From Clostridia bacterium (GTDB taxonomy: Bacteria > Bacillota > Clostridia > UMGS1883), in NCBI GenBank assembly GCA_051866635.1, contig JBJDXJ010000019.1, forward strand, positions 1 to 59,145: a DNA stretch of 59,145 nucleotides. The letters run 5' to 3'. The notes below the pieces were generated by a model. The model made no database searches, was not told the DNA's origin, and saw nothing but the letters and a program-made list of their open reading frames with translations. Numbering within the stretch: position 1 is the stretch's first letter; every line of letters begins with the position of its first letter. Below, piece after piece: positions 18,001-29,666 of this stretch. The translations under genes were made by a program, and so were the position numbers.

Positions 18001-18820
18001 CCTTGGTATGGCGGCTAAGAAGCTTGGCTTCAAGGTTGCAACAAGCGTATTCGACGGTGCAAACGAAACAGATATCCAGAATTTGCTTGAACAGGCAGGC
18101 ATCCGCCAGGACGGTAAGACTATTCTTTACGACGGACGTACAGGTGAAGCATTTGATAACCCCGTAACAGTAGGTTACATGTACTTCCTGAAACTCCACC
18201 ACTTGGTTGACGATAAAATTCACGCACGTTCTACAGGTCCTTACTCCTTGGTAACTCAGCAGCCTTTGGGCGGTAAAGCACAGTTCGGTGGTCAGAGATT
18301 CGGTGAAATGGAAGTTTGGGCACTTGAAGCATACGGTGCGGCTTACACACTTCAGGAAATCCTTACAATTAAGTCCGATGATGTCACAGGCAGAGTTAAG
18401 ACTTACGAAGCTATTGTTAAGGGCGAAAATGTTCCCAAGCCCGGTATTCCCGAATCCTTCAAGGTGCTTGTTAAGGAATTGCAGTCCCTGGCGTTGGACG
18501 TTGACGTTCTCGACGGAAACGGTAATATTATTGACCTTAAGGCAATCGGTGACGATGATGACGATATGCCTAACGAAGAATACCGTGATGAAAACATGCG
18601 TGCAGTTGATGATGGCTTTGATAATGCAACGGGCTATCGCAGTGTTGAAGAGGATGAATTGCTTGACGATATTTTAGGCGATGCAACTCCTGCAGATAAT
18701 GACTACACACATGAAGATGAAGAAGATGACGACTTCGACCTTGAGCCTACAGATGAAGAACTTATGGCCATTGAAGGCGAGGATTTTGAATCCGACCTTT
18801 TCAGCGATGATAAGGAATAA
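15050..18820 (+). CDS. rpoB: RNA polymerase beta subunit (likely TTG start at 15050)
   Basis: [50 protein letters not shown]. Confidence 0.99.
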   Translation: MHPIKLGKNERMSFSKIQEVLEMPNLIDLQRKSYEWFVAEGLREVFRDVSPITDYSGNLRLEFGDYRLDENPKYSIEECKERDTNYAAPLRVNARLINNETGEIKEQEIFMGDFPLMTEQGTFIINGAERVIVTQLVRSPGIYYEQKFDKSGKKLINSTVIPNRGAWLEYETDSNDIFHVRIDRTRKLPVTVLIKALGLETDAEIFELFGDDIRLRTTLDKYPTKNREEGLLEIYRKLRPGEPPTVESATTLITNLFFDARRYDLAKVGRYKYNMKLAMAKRIANHVAASDIVDPESGELFVREGEKISVSQATEIENAGINRVILRVEDRDVVVFGNNTVDLKYHLPFDASDITKEKVVKSVLDEILAEYSEEEDIRKAMVRRIDELVPKHITVDDILASINYCSNLADGIGQDDDIDHLGNRRLRSVGELLQNQFRIGLARMDRGVKERMSTQELDIVTPQSLVNIRPIVAAIKEFFGSSQLSQFMDQTNPLGELTHKRRLSALGPGGLSRERAGFQVRDVHYTHYGRMCPIESPEGPNIGLISSLSSFARINEYGFIESPYRKVIKGEGIVTDEIEYMTADVEDNYIVAQANEPLDENGKFVKNKVSARHREEILEISAKEIDYMDVSPKQVVSVATAMIPFLENDDANRALMGSNMQRQAVPLLKPESPIIGTGMEYKAAKDSGVVVLAKESGIIEKVSADEIVIRDDAGERHKYHLLKFKRSNQSTCINQRPIVSAGERVEKGDIIADGPSTDNGEIALGRNVLIGFMTWEGYNYEDAVLLNEHLVRDDWYTSIHVEEYESESRDTKLGPEEITRDIPNVGEDALRDLDSRGIIRIGAEVHAGDILVGKVTPKGETELTSEERLLRAIFGEKAREVRDTSLRVPHGECGIIVDVKVFTRENGDELPPGVNEVVRCYIIQKRKISVGDKMAGRHGNKGVVSRILPAEDMPFLPDGTPLDIVLNPLGVPSRMNIGQVLEVHLGMAAKKLGFKVATSVFDGANETDIQNLLEQAGIRQDGKTILYDGRTGEAFDNPVTVGYMYFLKLHHLVDDKIHARSTGPYSLVTQQPLGGKAQFGGQRFGEMEVWALEAYGAAYTLQEILTIKSDDVTGRVKTYEAIVKGENVPKPGIPESFKVLVKELQSLALDVDVLDGNGNIIDLKAIGDDDDDMPNEEYRDENMRAVDDGFDNATGYRSVEEDELLDDILGDATPADNDYTHEDEEDDDFDLEPTDEELMAIEGEDFESDLFSDDKE

Positions 18821-18883
18821 GGGTTATTCCCTCAGCATCTGACAAAGAAGAAAGGAACTCAGAAATGAGTATTGGTGAGTAAT

Positions 18884-21800
18884 ATGGAATTCAATACATT
18901 TGAATCTATCCGAATAGGGCTTGCTTCTCCTGATAAGATAAGAAATGAATGGTCATATGGTGAAGTAAAAAAGCCTGAAACTATAAATTACAGAACACTT
19001 AAGCCTGAACCTTTGGGACTTTTCTGTGAGAAGATTTTCGGACCTCAGAAGGACTGGGAATGTCATTGCGGCAAGTATAAGAGAATCAGACATAAGGGTG
19101 TTATATGTGACCGTTGCGGCGTTGAAGTAACACGTGCAAAGGTAAGACGTGAGAGAATGGGTCATATTGAACTTGCGGCTCCCGTTTCCCACATCTGGTA
19201 TGTAAAGGGTATTCCTTCGAGAATAGGTCTTATTCTTGACATTTCTCCCGGGGTACTTGAAAAGGTATTATATTTTGCTCAGTATATTGTACTTGACGTT
19301 GACTCAAATATTACAGAGCTTAAGAAAAAACAGCCTCTTACAGAAAAGGAATACAGTGCATACTGTGAAAAGTACGGCAACCATTTCCGTGCAGGTATGG
19401 GTGCAGAGGCTATAAAGGAACTTCTTTGCGAAATTGATCTTGACAAGCTCAGTGAAGAGCTTCGCGAAGAAATGGGTGCATCCCAGGGTCAGAAGAAGGC
19501 TAAGGTTGCAAAGAGACTTGAAATCGTTGAAGCCTTCAGAAAGAGTAATAACCGTCCCGAATGGATGATTTTGGACGTTGTTCCCGTAATTCCTCCGGAA
19601 ATAAGACCCATGGTTCAGCTTGATGGCGGCAGATTTGCCACAAGTGACCTTAATGATTTGTACAGACGAGTTATCAACCGTAATAACCGTCTTAAAAAGC
19701 TTTTGGAATTAGGTGCTCCCGGAATCATTGTAAGAAATGAAAAGAGAATGCTTCAGGAAGCGGTTGACGCCCTTATTGATAATGGCAGACGCGGCAGACC
19801 CGTAACGGGTCCCGGCAACCGTGCCCTTAAATCTCTTTCCGATATGCTTAAGGGTAAGCAGGGCCGATTCCGTCAGAATTTGCTTGGTAAACGTGTTGAC
19901 TATTCAGGCCGTTCCGTTATCGTTGTAGGTCCCGACCTTAAGATTTATCAGTGCGGTCTTCCCAAGGAAATGGCTATTGAACTTTTCAAGCCCTTTGTTA
20001 TGAAGAGATTGGTTGAAAACGGCACAGCTCATAACATCAAGAGTGCTAAGAGAATGGTAGAGAGAGCAAGACTTGAAGTATGGGATGTACTTGAAGATGT
20101 AATCAAGGAGCATCCTGTAATGCTCAACCGTGCACCTACACTTCACCGTCTTGGTATTCAGGCATTTGAACCTGTATTGGTTGAAGGCAGAGCGATAAGA
20201 CTTCATCCCCTTGTTTGTACAGCCTTCAATGCCGACTTCGACGGTGACCAGATGGCTGTTCACGTGCCTCTTTCACCTGAAGCACAGGCAGAAGCAAGAT
20301 TTTTGATGCTTTCTGCAAACAACCTTTTAAAGCCTCAGGATGGCGGCCCCGTTACTGTTCCTACACAGGATATGGTATTGGGTAGCTATTACCTTACACT
20401 TATAAAGCACGATGAACCCGGTGAAGGTAAGATGTTCTCCTCTATTACAGAAGCTATGCTTGCTTATGACGCAAAGGAAGTAGGTCTTCATTCCTTAATT
20501 AAGGTTAAGGTTGGTAATGAGGACATGAACGAACTTAAGTTCACTGAACTTGGCGGCGAAAGCATCATTGAATGTACTATAGGTCAGCTTATATTTAACG
20601 CTAACGTTCCTCAGGATATTAACCTTTTTGTTGACAGAAGCAATCCCGATAATAAATATGTATTGGAAGTAACTAAGACTGTTACTAAGGGCGTTCTTTC
20701 TAAGATTGTTGACAAGTGTATCGCTGTACACGGCACAACAAAGACTGCTGAAGTGTTGGACGCTTTAAAGAGCACAGGTTATAAGTTTTCCACACGCGGT
20801 GCTATTACAATTTCCGTATCCGATATGGAAATTCCCGGAAGTAAAAAGGAATATCTTCAGGAAGCGGAAGAAAAGATTGAAGAAATCACAAAGCTTTACC
20901 GCCGTGGTCTTATTACAGACGAAGAAAGATATCAGAACGTAATTAAAACATGGCAGAATGCAAATGATAAGGTTACTAAAGCTCTTATCGACAACCTGGG
21001 CGAATTTAACCCCATCTACATGATGGCTACTTCCGGTGCGAGAGGTAGTATCAACCAGATTCGTCAGCTTGCAGGTATGCGTGGTCTTATGGCTAACACA
21101 TCAGGTCGTACAGTGGAAATTCCCATCCGTTCTTCCTTCCGTGAAGGCTTGAATATCTTGGAATACTTCATTTCCACTCACGGTGCAAGAAAGGGTCTTG
21201 CAGATACAGCCCTCAGAACAGCCGACTCAGGTTACCTTACAAGAAGACTTGTTGACGTAGCACAGGAAGTTATTATCCGTGAAATCGACTGTGGTGTTGA
21301 CAAGGGTATCCTTGTAAGTGCTATCTATGAAGGTAAGGAAGAAATTGAATCCTTGTCCGAAAGACTTGTTGGCAGAGTTGCAATCGGTGATATTGTTCAT
21401 CCCGAAACGGGTGAAATCATTGTTGCAAACGGCACAATGATGAATTCCGACCTTGCAAAGAAGGTTGAAGCTTCGGGTATTAAGGAAGTTCTTATCCGTT
21501 CCGTACTTGCTTGTCGTGCTAAGGTTGGCGTTTGTGCTACATGTTACGGTGCAAACCTTGCCCGTGGCGGTGAACAGGTAAATATCGGTGAAGCTGTTGG
21601 TATTATTGCGGCTCAGTCTATCGGTGAACCCGGTACACAGCTTACAATGAGAACATTCCATACAGGCGGTGTAGCCGGTGACGATATTACACAGGGTCTT
21701 CCCAGAGTTGAAGAACTTTTCGAAGCAAGAAAGCCCAAGGGCGTTGCGATAGTAACAGATATTGCAGGTGAAGTTCGTATTGACCGTACAAAGGGCAAGA

Positions 21801-22528
21801 CTGAAGTTATTGTTACAAATAACGAAACAATGGAATCTCAGACAATATTTATTCCATTCGGTGCAACACTTAAGGTTAACGACGGTGATGTGCTCGATGC
21901 CGGCGATCCTCTTACAACAGGTTCTATTAACCCCCATGACATTCTCAGAATTAAGGGCGTTGAAGCTGTTCAGCAGTACCTTGTTAAGGAAGTGCAGAAG
22001 GTTTACCGTTCTCAGGGTGTTGATATTGCAGATAAGCATATTGAAGTTATCATCCGTCAGATGATAAGAAAAGTTAAGATTGAAAACGAGGGCGACAGCG
22101 ATTATCTTGTTGGCGATACAGTGGACCGTCTCAAGTTCCCCGAAATCGTTAAGGAATTTGAGGAAAAAGGTCTTACTCCTCCCGAAGGCAAGGAGCTCTT
22201 CCTTGGTATCACAAAAGCGGCATTGGCAACAGATTCCTTCCTTTCCGCCGCCTCCTTCCAGGAAACAACAAGAGTTCTTACAGATGCGGCTATCCGTGGC
22301 AAGAGCGATCCTCTTGTTGGTCTTAAGGAAAACGTTATCATCGGTAAGCTTATCCCTGCAGGTACAGGTGTTCCCATGTATCGTGATACAGAAATTGAAA
22401 GCGAAGATGATATTGTTGACTATCCTCAGGCTGTAGGTTCTGAAGAAACGGTGATTTCCGATTTTTCATTAGATGATGTTGACTTTAGTGAAGCTGAAGA
22501 CAAAATCGGCGACGAAGAAGAAATCTGA
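18884..22528 (+). CDS. rpoC: RNA polymerase beta' subunit
   Basis: NADFDGDQM catalytic motif, N-terminal Zn finger, QLTMRTFH. Confidence 0.99.
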   Translation: MEFNTFESIRIGLASPDKIRNEWSYGEVKKPETINYRTLKPEPLGLFCEKIFGPQKDWECHCGKYKRIRHKGVICDRCGVEVTRAKVRRERMGHIELAAPVSHIWYVKGIPSRIGLILDISPGVLEKVLYFAQYIVLDVDSNITELKKKQPLTEKEYSAYCEKYGNHFRAGMGAEAIKELLCEIDLDKLSEELREEMGASQGQKKAKVAKRLEIVEAFRKSNNRPEWMILDVVPVIPPEIRPMVQLDGGRFATSDLNDLYRRVINRNNRLKKLLELGAPGIIVRNEKRMLQEAVDALIDNGRRGRPVTGPGNRALKSLSDMLKGKQGRFRQNLLGKRVDYSGRSVIVVGPDLKIYQCGLPKEMAIELFKPFVMKRLVENGTAHNIKSAKRMVERARLEVWDVLEDVIKEHPVMLNRAPTLHRLGIQAFEPVLVEGRAIRLHPLVCTAFNADFDGDQMAVHVPLSPEAQAEARFLMLSANNLLKPQDGGPVTVPTQDMVLGSYYLTLIKHDEPGEGKMFSSITEAMLAYDAKEVGLHSLIKVKVGNEDMNELKFTELGGESIIECTIGQLIFNANVPQDINLFVDRSNPDNKYVLEVTKTVTKGVLSKIVDKCIAVHGTTKTAEVLDALKSTGYKFSTRGAITISVSDMEIPGSKKEYLQEAEEKIEEITKLYRRGLITDEERYQNVIKTWQNANDKVTKALIDNLGEFNPIYMMATSGARGSINQIRQLAGMRGLMANTSGRTVEIPIRSSFREGLNILEYFISTHGARKGLADTALRTADSGYLTRRLVDVAQEVIIREIDCGVDKGILVSAIYEGKEEIESLSERLVGRVAIGDIVHPETGEIIVANGTMMNSDLAKKVEASGIKEVLIRSVLACRAKVGVCATCYGANLARGGEQVNIGEAVGIIAAQSIGEPGTQLTMRTFHTGGVAGDDITQGLPRVEELFEARKPKGVAIVTDIAGEVRIDRTKGKTEVIVTNNETMESQTIFIPFGATLKVNDGDVLDAGDPLTTGSINPHDILRIKGVEAVQQYLVKEVQKVYRSQGVDIADKHIEVIIRQMIRKVKIENEGDSDYLVGDTVDRLKFPEIVKEFEEKGLTPPEGKELFLGITKAALATDSFLSAASFQETTRVLTDAAIRGKSDPLVGLKENVIIGKLIPAGTGVPMYRDTEIESEDDIVDYPQAVGSEETVISDFSLDDVDFSEAEDKIGDEEEI

Positions 22529-22542
22529 AATTAAATAAAACT

Positions 22543-22582
22543 AAATAATAAAACAGGGGCTGAGGCTCCTGTTTTATTATTT
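22543..22582 (+). terminator. rpoC terminator
   Basis: AAATAATAAAACAGGGG-ctgag-GCTCCTGTTTTATTATTT hairpin. Confidence 0.75.
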
Positions 22583-22603
22583 GTAAAAATTTCAAAAAAC
22601 CTC

Positions 22604-22632
22604 TTGACATAGGGCGGTTTCTTTGATATATT
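22604..22632 (+). promoter_or_regulatory. str operon promoter
   Basis: TTGACA-17 nt-TATATT with extended -10. Confidence 0.75.
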
Positions 22633-22712
22633 ATTAAGGCGATTGTGGAAATTACTGCACTTTGATTTCAAAATGCAGTCCCAATCAAAAAAATTTATTC
22701 GGAGGTGAAAAT

Positions 22713-23132
22713 ATGCCAACATTTAACCAGCTCGTCAGAAAGGGTAGACAGACAGCAGTCGTTAAGAGCACGGCACCCGCACTTCAGTACGGCCTCAACT
22801 CTCTTAAGAAAAAGACTACTGATCAGAGCGCTCCCCAGAAGAGAGGCGTTTGCACAAGTGTTAAGACTCAGACTCCTAAGAAGCCTAACTCAGCTCTTCG
22901 TAAGATTGCCAGAGTAAGACTTTCCAACGGTATCGAAGTAACAAGTTACATTCCCGGTATCGGCCACAACCTTCAGGAACATAGCGTTGTTCTTATTCGT
23001 GGTGGTAGAGTTAAGGACCTTCCCGGTGTTCGTTATCACATTATCCGTGGTACATTGGACGCGGCAGGGGTTGCAAATCGTATGCAGTCCAGATCCAAGT
23101 ACGGTGCAAAGAAAGCCAAGGCTAAGAAGTAA
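22713..23132 (+). CDS. rpsL: 30S ribosomal protein S12
   Basis: [30 protein letters not shown]; GGAGGTG RBS. Confidence 0.99.
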   Translation: MPTFNQLVRKGRQTAVVKSTAPALQYGLNSLKKKTTDQSAPQKRGVCTSVKTQTPKKPNSALRKIARVRLSNGIEVTSYIPGIGHNLQEHSVVLIRGGRVKDLPGVRYHIIRGTLDAAGVANRMQSRSKYGAKKAKAKK

Positions 23133-23295
23133 TAGCCAAAAAATTTCTGTGCGATATGCGGGTTTAATTATATGAAGTTTAAAATTCGAAAGAATTTTCC
23201 AGTATATAGATAAATTTGCTTGTTGCACTGACGGCGGAATTTTTCCGCAGAGTACCTATGAATTCATTTAAAATTTTATGAAGGAGGGAAGAATA

Positions 23296-23766
23296 GTGCC
23301 AAGAAGAGGTTTTATTCCCAAAAGAGATGTTTTACCCGATCCCTTATATAACGATAAGGTAGTTACAAGACTTATTAACAACATCATGCTCGACGGTAAG
23401 AAGGGTGTTGCCCAGAAAATCGTTTACGGAGCATTTGAAATTATCGCTGAAAAGACAGGCAGAGATGCACTTGAAGTATTCCGTGAAGCTATGGATAACA
23501 TCATGCCCGTTTTGGAAGTTAAGGCCAGAAGAGTCGGTGGTGCAACTTACCAGGTTCCTATGGAAGTTAGACCCGAAAGACGTCAGACTCTCGGTCTCAG
23601 ATGGTTAACAACTTATTCCAGAAACCGTAGCGAAAGAACTATGTGTGAACGTCTTGCAGGCGAAATCCTTGATGCAACAAACAACATGGGCGGTGCAGTT
23701 AAGAAGAAGGATGAAACACATAAGATGGCTGAAGCTAACAGAGCTTTCGCACATTACCGCTGGTAA
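23296..23766 (+). CDS. rpsG: 30S ribosomal protein S7
   Basis: [28 protein letters not shown]. Confidence 0.99.
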   Translation: MPRRGFIPKRDVLPDPLYNDKVVTRLINNIMLDGKKGVAQKIVYGAFEIIAEKTGRDALEVFREAMDNIMPVLEVKARRVGGATYQVPMEVRPERRQTLGLRWLTTYSRNRSERTMCERLAGEILDATNNMGGAVKKKDETHKMAEANRAFAHYRW

Positions 23767-23784
23767 TTTTGAAAGGAGTTAATT

Positions 23785-25866
23785 ATGGGTAGAAATTATT
23801 CACTCCAAAACACAAGAAATATCGGTATCATGGCTCATATTGATGCCGGTAAGACAACAACAACAGAACGTATCTTGTATTATACAGGTATTAACTACAA
23901 GATTGGTGATACTCACGACGGTACAGCTACAATGGACTGGATGGCTCAGGAACAGGAAAGAGGTATTACAATTACTTCTGCTGCTACAACAGCTACATGG
24001 AACGGTACTCGTATCAACATCATTGATACACCCGGTCACGTTGACTTCACAGTTGAAGTTGAACGTTCCCTTCGTGTATTGGACGGTAGTGTTACAGTAT
24101 TCTGTGCCAAGGGCGGTGTTGAACCCCAGAGTGAAACTGTTTGGAGACAGGCAGATGAATACAAGGTTCCCCGTATGGCTTATGTAAACAAGATGGACAT
24201 TATGGGTGCTGACTTCTACAATGTTATTGACATGATGAAGGAAAGACTTTTGTGTAAGGCTGTTCCGATTCAGTTGCCCATCGGTGCCGAAGATACTTTC
24301 GTTGGTATCATTGACCTTCTTGAAATGAAGGCATATATCTATAAAGACGATGTTGGTAAGGATATCGAGATTACAGATGTTCCTGCTGACATGTTGGACA
24401 AGGCTGAAGAATATCGTGAAGCTCTTTTGGAAGCTGTTGCTGAAATCGACGAAGAGCTTATGGAAAAGTACTTCGACGGTGAAGAGCTTACAATTCCGGA
24501 AATTAAGCGTGCTATCCGTAAGGGTACAATCGCTAACCAGATTGTTCCCGTTTGTTGCGGTACATCCTACCGTAACAAGGGCGTTCAGAAGCTTCTCGAT
24601 GCTGTAGTTGACTACATGCCTTCTCCTCTCGATATTCCTGCTATTAAGGGTGTTAACCCCGAAACAGACGAGGAAGTTGAAAGACATGCAAGTGATGAAG
24701 AACCCTTCTCCGCTCTTGCATTCAAGATTATGACTGACCCCTTCGTTGGTAAGCTTGCTTTCTTCAGAGTTTACTCCGGTACACTCAAAGCAGGCAGCAA
24801 CGTATACAACTCCAACAAGGACTGCCAGGAAAGAATCGGTCGTATCCTTCAGATGCATGCTAACGACCGTAAGGATATCGATATCGTTTATTCCGGTGAT
24901 ATCGCCGCTGCTGTTGGTCTTAAGAACACAACAACAGGTGATACACTTTGCGATAAGAGCAATCCTGTAATTTTGGAACAGATGGTGTTCCCCGAACCCG
25001 TTATCCGTGTTGCTATTGAACCTAAGACAAAGGCAGCTCAGGAAAAGATGGGTATCGCTCTTGCAAAGCTTGCTGAAGAAGATCCCACATTCAAGACATA
25101 TACAGATGAAGAAACAGGACAGACTATCATCGCAGGTATGGGTGAATTGCACCTTGAAATCATCGTTGACCGTCTCTTCCGTGAATTCAAAGTAGAAGCT
25201 AATGTTGGTAAGCCTCAGGTTGCTTACAAGGAAACAATCCGTAAGACTGTTAAGGTTGAGCATAAGTATGCTCGTCAGAGTGGTGGTAAAGGTCAGTACG
25301 GTCACGTACATCTTGAACTTGAACCCCTTGAACCCGGTGCAGGTTACGAATTCGTTAACAAGATTGTTGGTGGTGCTATTCCTAAGGAATATATCCCCGC
25401 TGTTGATGCCGGTGTACAGGGTGCTATGCAGTCCGGTGTACTTGCAGGCTACAACGTTGTTGACGTAAGAGTAACTCTTTACGATGGTTCTTACCACGAA
25501 GTTGACTCTTCTGAAATGGCATTCAAGATTGCCGGTTCTATGGCATTCAAGGAAGGTTGTAAGAAGGCTGATCCCGTTCTTAAGGAACCCATCATGCAGG
25601 TTGACGTTACCGTTCCCGAAGAATACATGGGCGACGTTATGGGCGATTTGAACTCCCGTCGTGGTCAGATTCAGGGTATGGAAGCTCGTCGCGGTGCTCA
25701 GGCTATTTCCGCTCTTGTTCCTCTTAGCGAAATGTTCGGTTATGCAACTGACCTTCGTAGTAAGACACAGGGCCGTGGTAACTACACAATGAGTCCTGCT
25801 CATTATGCTGAAGTTCCCAAGAGCATTATGGATGCTATCATTACAGAAAGAAGCAAGAAAGACTGA
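23785..25866 (+). CDS. fusA: elongation factor G
   Basis: [37 protein letters not shown]. Confidence 0.99.
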   Translation: MGRNYSLQNTRNIGIMAHIDAGKTTTTERILYYTGINYKIGDTHDGTATMDWMAQEQERGITITSAATTATWNGTRINIIDTPGHVDFTVEVERSLRVLDGSVTVFCAKGGVEPQSETVWRQADEYKVPRMAYVNKMDIMGADFYNVIDMMKERLLCKAVPIQLPIGAEDTFVGIIDLLEMKAYIYKDDVGKDIEITDVPADMLDKAEEYREALLEAVAEIDEELMEKYFDGEELTIPEIKRAIRKGTIANQIVPVCCGTSYRNKGVQKLLDAVVDYMPSPLDIPAIKGVNPETDEEVERHASDEEPFSALAFKIMTDPFVGKLAFFRVYSGTLKAGSNVYNSNKDCQERIGRILQMHANDRKDIDIVYSGDIAAAVGLKNTTTGDTLCDKSNPVILEQMVFPEPVIRVAIEPKTKAAQEKMGIALAKLAEEDPTFKTYTDEETGQTIIAGMGELHLEIIVDRLFREFKVEANVGKPQVAYKETIRKTVKVEHKYARQSGGKGQYGHVHLELEPLEPGAGYEFVNKIVGGAIPKEYIPAVDAGVQGAMQSGVLAGYNVVDVRVTLYDGSYHEVDSSEMAFKIAGSMAFKEGCKKADPVLKEPIMQVDVTVPEEYMGDVMGDLNSRRGQIQGMEARRGAQAISALVPLSEMFGYATDLRSKTQGRGNYTMSPAHYAEVPKSIMDAIITERSKKD

Positions 25867-25876
25867 TTTAAATAAT

Positions 25877-25924
25877 ATATTGGGATAAAAAACTATTGAT
25901 TTTTATCCCAATATGTACTACAAT
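25877..25924 (+). promoter_or_regulatory. fusA-tuf hairpin with embedded tuf promoter
   Basis: 15-bp IR 25877-25891/25900-25914; TTGATT(25896)-17 nt-TACAAT(25919). Confidence 0.55.
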
Positions 25925-25963
25925 AAACTTATAATAAAAAAACTCATAAAGGAGGCAATTACA

Positions 25964-27166
25964 ATGGCAAAGGCTAAATACGACAATACTAAGCCCCATG
26001 TAAACATTGGTACAATTGGTCACGTTGACCACGGTAAGACTTCTCTTACAGCTGCAATCACAAAGGTTCTCGGTATGAAGGGCCAGGCTGCTTACACAGC
26101 TTACGATCAGATCGATAAGGCTCCCGAAGAAAGAGAAAGAGGTATCACTATCTCTACAGCTCACGTTGAGTATGAAACAGACAACCGTCACTACGCTCAC
26201 GTTGACTGCCCCGGACATGCTGACTACGTTAAGAACATGATCACAGGTGCTGCTCAGATGGACGGTGCTATCCTTGTAGTATCCGCTGCTGACGGTCCTA
26301 TGCCCCAGACAAGAGAACATATCCTTCTCTCCCGTCAGGTTGGCGTTCCCTATATCGTAGTATTCATGAACAAGAAGGACCAGGTTGACGATGACGAACT
26401 TCTCGAACTCGTTGAAATGGAAATTCGTGACCTTCTTAACGAATATGAATTCCCCGGTGATGATATTCCGATCGTTGCAGGTTCTGCTCTTCAGGCTCTT
26501 GAATGCACATCTACAGATCTCAGTGCTCCTGAATATGCACCTATCCTTGAACTCATGGCTAAGGTTGACGAATATATCCCCACACCTGAAAGAAGCACAG
26601 ACAAGCCCTTCCTTATGCCTGTTGAAGACGTTTTCACAATCACAGGTCGTGGTACAGTTGCTACAGGTAGAGTTGAACGTGGTACTCTTAAGGTTGGTGA
26701 CGAAGTTGAAATCGTTGGTCTTGCTGATGAAGCAAGAAAGGTTGTTGTTACAGGTATCGAAATGTTCCGTAAGCAGCTTGATGAAGCTGTTGCAGGTTTC
26801 AACATCGGTGCACTCCTTCGTGGTGTAAACCGTGACGAAATCGAACGTGGTCAGGTACTTGCTAAGCCCGGTACAATTCATCCTCATACAAAGTTCAAGG
26901 GCGAAATCTACGTTCTTACAAAGGACGAAGGTGGCCGTCATACACCTTTCTTCACAAACTACCGTCCTCAGTTCTATTTCAGAACAACAGACGTTACAGG
27001 TGTTATCAACCTTGAAGAAGGCGTTGAAATGTGCATGCCCGGCGATAACGCTCGTATCAATGTAGAACTTACAAAGCCCATCGCTATCGAACAGGGTCTT
27101 CGTTTCGCTATCCGTGAAGGTGGTAGAACAGTAGGTTCCGGCGTTGTATCCGAAATCATTGAATAA
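25964..27166 (+). CDS. tuf: elongation factor Tu
   Basis: [32 protein letters not shown]. Confidence 0.99.
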   Translation: MAKAKYDNTKPHVNIGTIGHVDHGKTSLTAAITKVLGMKGQAAYTAYDQIDKAPEERERGITISTAHVEYETDNRHYAHVDCPGHADYVKNMITGAAQMDGAILVVSAADGPMPQTREHILLSRQVGVPYIVVFMNKKDQVDDDELLELVEMEIRDLLNEYEFPGDDIPIVAGSALQALECTSTDLSAPEYAPILELMAKVDEYIPTPERSTDKPFLMPVEDVFTITGRGTVATGRVERGTLKVGDEVEIVGLADEARKVVVTGIEMFRKQLDEAVAGFNIGALLRGVNRDEIERGQVLAKPGTIHPHTKFKGEIYVLTKDEGGRHTPFFTNYRPQFYFRTTDVTGVINLEEGVEMCMPGDNARINVELTKPIAIEQGLRFAIREGGRTVGSGVVSEIIE

Positions 27167-27180
27167 TTAATATTCGACAT

Positions 27181-27214
27181 AAAAATCCTCAAGCAAAGCT
27201 TGAGGATTTTTTTC
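27181..27214 (+). terminator. tuf terminator
   Basis: AAAAATCCTCAAGC-aaa-GCTTGAGGATTTTT + T run. Confidence 0.85.
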
Positions 27215-27350
27215 GTTAAATTGCCTAAGCAAACGGATTTGAAAAGATTGACAAATTTTATCTGTGTCAGTATAATCAATATATAGGGACTGTGGGACGT
27301 GACAGCAAAGGCAAAATAAAGCTATAGAATAAAATAACCCAAACCAATGG

Positions 27351-27530
27351 TCACGTGACATTATTGGCTTGTGGAGTTGTTTGTACAGCAGTTCGCCGCA
27401 CCGCTATTGAAGCTAAAACGTCGCCTATTGTAACTAAATCGGCGGCAATTTTGGCAAGTTCATCGTCTGTAAGCTGTTCGGCAACGGTGTATGCAATTGC
27501 AGTTAATAGAAAAACATCACTATTATGCAT
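27351..27530 (-). CDS. small protein, DUF6774-like (59 aa; absent from ORF track)
   Basis: manual translation MHNSDVFLLTAIAYTVAEQLTDDELAKIAADLVTIGDVLASIAVRRTAVQTTPQANNVT*; GGTGA RBS. Confidence 0.65.
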   Translation of the reverse strand: MHNSDVFLLTAIAYTVAEQLTDDELAKIAADLVTIGDVLASIAVRRTAVQTTPQANNVT

Positions 27531-27622
27531 TTTTTATCACCACTATATTATATGAATTTAACCAGCTGTTGTGTATATGTTTGATAAGTTGTAAAATAAC
27601 CAATGAAATGAAGTGAGAGATA

Positions 27623-28132
27623 ATGAATGTTACAATAGAAAAAATAAGTGTTTCGGATGCGGCAGAGATATTGGAATACTTAAAGAAAATTGGCGAAGAG
27701 TCTGACAACCTCTCCTTTGGTGCTGAAGGATTGCCCTGCGTGGTGGAGGATGAAGAAAAATATATTGAGTCACTTCAAAATTCAACATCTTGTGCACAAT
27801 TTGTGGCAAAATGTGACGGAAAGATTATAGGTGATGTAAGCTTTAATTCGTCACCGAAAGAAAGAATAAAGCATCGCGGTGAGATTGGTATTGCGGTTGT
27901 TCGGGAATATTGGGGTAAAGGTATAGGCAGTAAGCTTATGGAGGCAGTTATAGACTTTGCGAAAAACACTGCCGGGTGTGAAATTATCCATTTACAGGTA
28001 AGAAGTGATAACGAAAGGGCAATCAAGCTTTACAAAAAATATGGGTTTGAGAAAATAGGGCAGTTCAGAGGGTTTTTAAAAATTAACGGTGAATATGTGG
28101 ACTGCGATTTAATGAATTTATATATAACATAG
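27623..28132 (+). CDS. GNAT N-acetyltransferase
   Basis: EYWGKGIGSKLM acetyl-CoA motif, NERAIKLYKKYGF. Confidence 0.9.
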   Translation: MNVTIEKISVSDAAEILEYLKKIGEESDNLSFGAEGLPCVVEDEEKYIESLQNSTSCAQFVAKCDGKIIGDVSFNSSPKERIKHRGEIGIAVVREYWGKGIGSKLMEAVIDFAKNTAGCEIIHLQVRSDNERAIKLYKKYGFEKIGQFRGFLKINGEYVDCDLMNLYIT

Positions 28133-28259
28133 GAACATATGGTCACATGCCTGTTTTTGTACGGCCTGACGTCCCCGAACGGCCCTCCTACGGTTGACAT
28201 TATTTTTATTATGTGTTATAATCAGGCACGTAAAATATTTTTTATAAGAGATGTGTAAA

Positions 28260-28448
28260 ATGAAAAAGAAAACTATTGGTATTATCATGATTGTAATTGG
28301 TGTAATGGCATTTTTGGGTAGCTTTTTCCAGGCTCAGAGCCCTTTTGCTTTCCGTGGCTTATCCGATATTTTTGCTGTTCTTATCATGATAGCGTTAGTT
28401 GTAGGCGGTATTGTATTTGTTATCAAGGATAAGTCTGCAAAGAAATGA
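28260..28448 (+). CDS. small two-TM membrane protein
   Basis: basic N-terminus then two hydrophobic segments; TTGACA/TATAAT-like promoter upstream. Confidence 0.6.
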   Translation: MKKKTIGIIMIVIGVMAFLGSFFQAQSPFAFRGLSDIFAVLIMIALVVGGIVFVIKDKSAKK

Positions 28449-28556
28449 GGTAAAATCATAAACATAAAAAACAAAATTGCGGTGTAATTGGGATGTGTCA
28501 CTTCTTGCACATTTTGTTTACACTCCACCTCATTTTAGGATATACTCTTTTTAAAA

Positions 28557-28874
28557 ATGAGTGAGGAAAATAGTATTATGTTGGATTATGCAATTGGATT
28601 TTTAGTTTTAGGATTGATGGGGCTGTGCTATTGGAATTTGTTGCGAAAAAGATTTTCAAAAGTCAAAAGAGTTAAGGCACAGCTTGTAGAAAAATATACA
28701 TATACTACCGTGTCTAGAAGTAACCCGAATGTGAAAGCTTTTGTGTTGGTTTTTGAAACGGAGAAGGGTAAAAGGCTGTCCTTTCATGTATCCGAGTTTT
28801 CATACGGCGGATATAAGGTGAAAAAGAAAGGGACACTTAAGTATAAGGGCGATATGATATTGGAATTTAAGTGA
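28557..28874 (+). CDS. DUF2500-like membrane-anchored protein
   Basis: N-terminal TM; AQLVEK...FETEKGKRLSFHVS..Y...GTLKYKG pattern. Confidence 0.6.
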   Translation: MSEENSIMLDYAIGFLVLGLMGLCYWNLLRKRFSKVKRVKAQLVEKYTYTTVSRSNPNVKAFVLVFETEKGKRLSFHVSEFSYGGYKVKKKGTLKYKGDMILEFK

Positions 28875-28978
28875 GAAGAAATCCTTGGGGACTATATTGT
28901 ATGGCACTAAATAACTTCCTGTAATTTATGCTTATAAATTATGCTAACATCTTTAAGCACACATAAATTTATGTAATA

Positions 28979-29031
28979 AAAAAGGACAGATTAAAATTGT
29001 CAATTATTGACAATTTTAATCTGTCCTTTTT
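28979..29031. terminator. perfect 26-bp-arm palindrome, probable bidirectional terminator
   Basis: AAAAAGGACAGATTAAAATTGTCAAT-T-ATTGACAATTTTAATCTGTCCTTTTT between convergent genes. Confidence 0.75.
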
Positions 29032-29048
29032 GCTTGTATTCTGTTCTA

Positions 29049-29597
29049 TCACAAACTTTTATCTATATTTGGGAATATTGCAAAAGCAAGGTCATTACTG
29101 GGGTCAAGGGTCCATTTCCCGTCCTTATGGCGGATAATCACAGTTACAGTTGTGGTTACAAGGCTTGTTGTACCACTCATAATGTTTGAATAAAAACTTT
29201 GTGCCACAAAATCTTCGTTGATTTTCTCATTTTCCGAAAGGGTTTTATCAATATAATACATATCGTAAAGAGGCTGAATATCGGGAGCAGTAACAATTAC
29301 TGAAGCTGTGTAAACCTCGTCGGATACTTTTTTTGGTTCGCTGAAGGCATATGTGACGGACATTGCCTCATAAACAGCACGCAAAACCGCCTTTAAACCA
29401 ACACCATCTAAAGCAAAGGCGGAAATGGCAATTTCGGAATTGTTGAGATATTTACGCATATTGTCGTAAGAAGAAAAAAACTCTGTTAAAAACTCCTCCG
29501 GGGATGATGCAGATATTGATGGGTTTTTATTTTTGCCGCAAGCTGAAAAGGAGAATATTAACACAAATACTAAAAATAAAGCTATAAATCTTTTCAT
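29049..29597 (-). CDS. hypothetical lipoprotein
   Basis: signal peptide with lipobox FSAC. Confidence 0.75.
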   Translation of the reverse strand: MKRFIALFLVFVLIFSFSACGKNKNPSISASSPEEFLTEFFSSYDNMRKYLNNSEIAISAFALDGVGLKAVLRAVYEAMSVTYAFSEPKKVSDEVYTASVIVTAPDIQPLYDMYYIDKTLSENEKINEDFVAQSFYSNIMSGTTSLVTTTVTVIIRHKDGKWTLDPSNDLAFAIFPNIDKSL

Positions 29598-29666
29598 ATG
29601 TAAATCACCTTAAAATCTTTATAATACAACTATTATAAAACAAAAAAGAACATATTTCAATAAAAA

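Noticed and set aside
18550-18820. Very acidic C-terminal tails of RpoB and RpoC
   Set aside because: Low-complexity acidic tails are common in clostridial RNA polymerases
23800-25803. 667-aa antisense ORF in fusA (and similar ones in rpoB, rpoC, tuf, cls, recN)
   Set aside because: Shadow ORFs from the codon bias of real genes; no motifs or RBS
27355-27555. 66-aa plus-strand ORF from the track
   Set aside because: Antisense shadow of the better-supported 59-aa minus-strand gene
27347-28195. ATGGTCAC(G/A)TG direct repeat (27347, 28139) as att sites around the small gene and GNAT, plus a degenerate REP-like stretch near 28160-28190
   Set aside because: Only 10/11 nt with no recombinase nearby; could be chance
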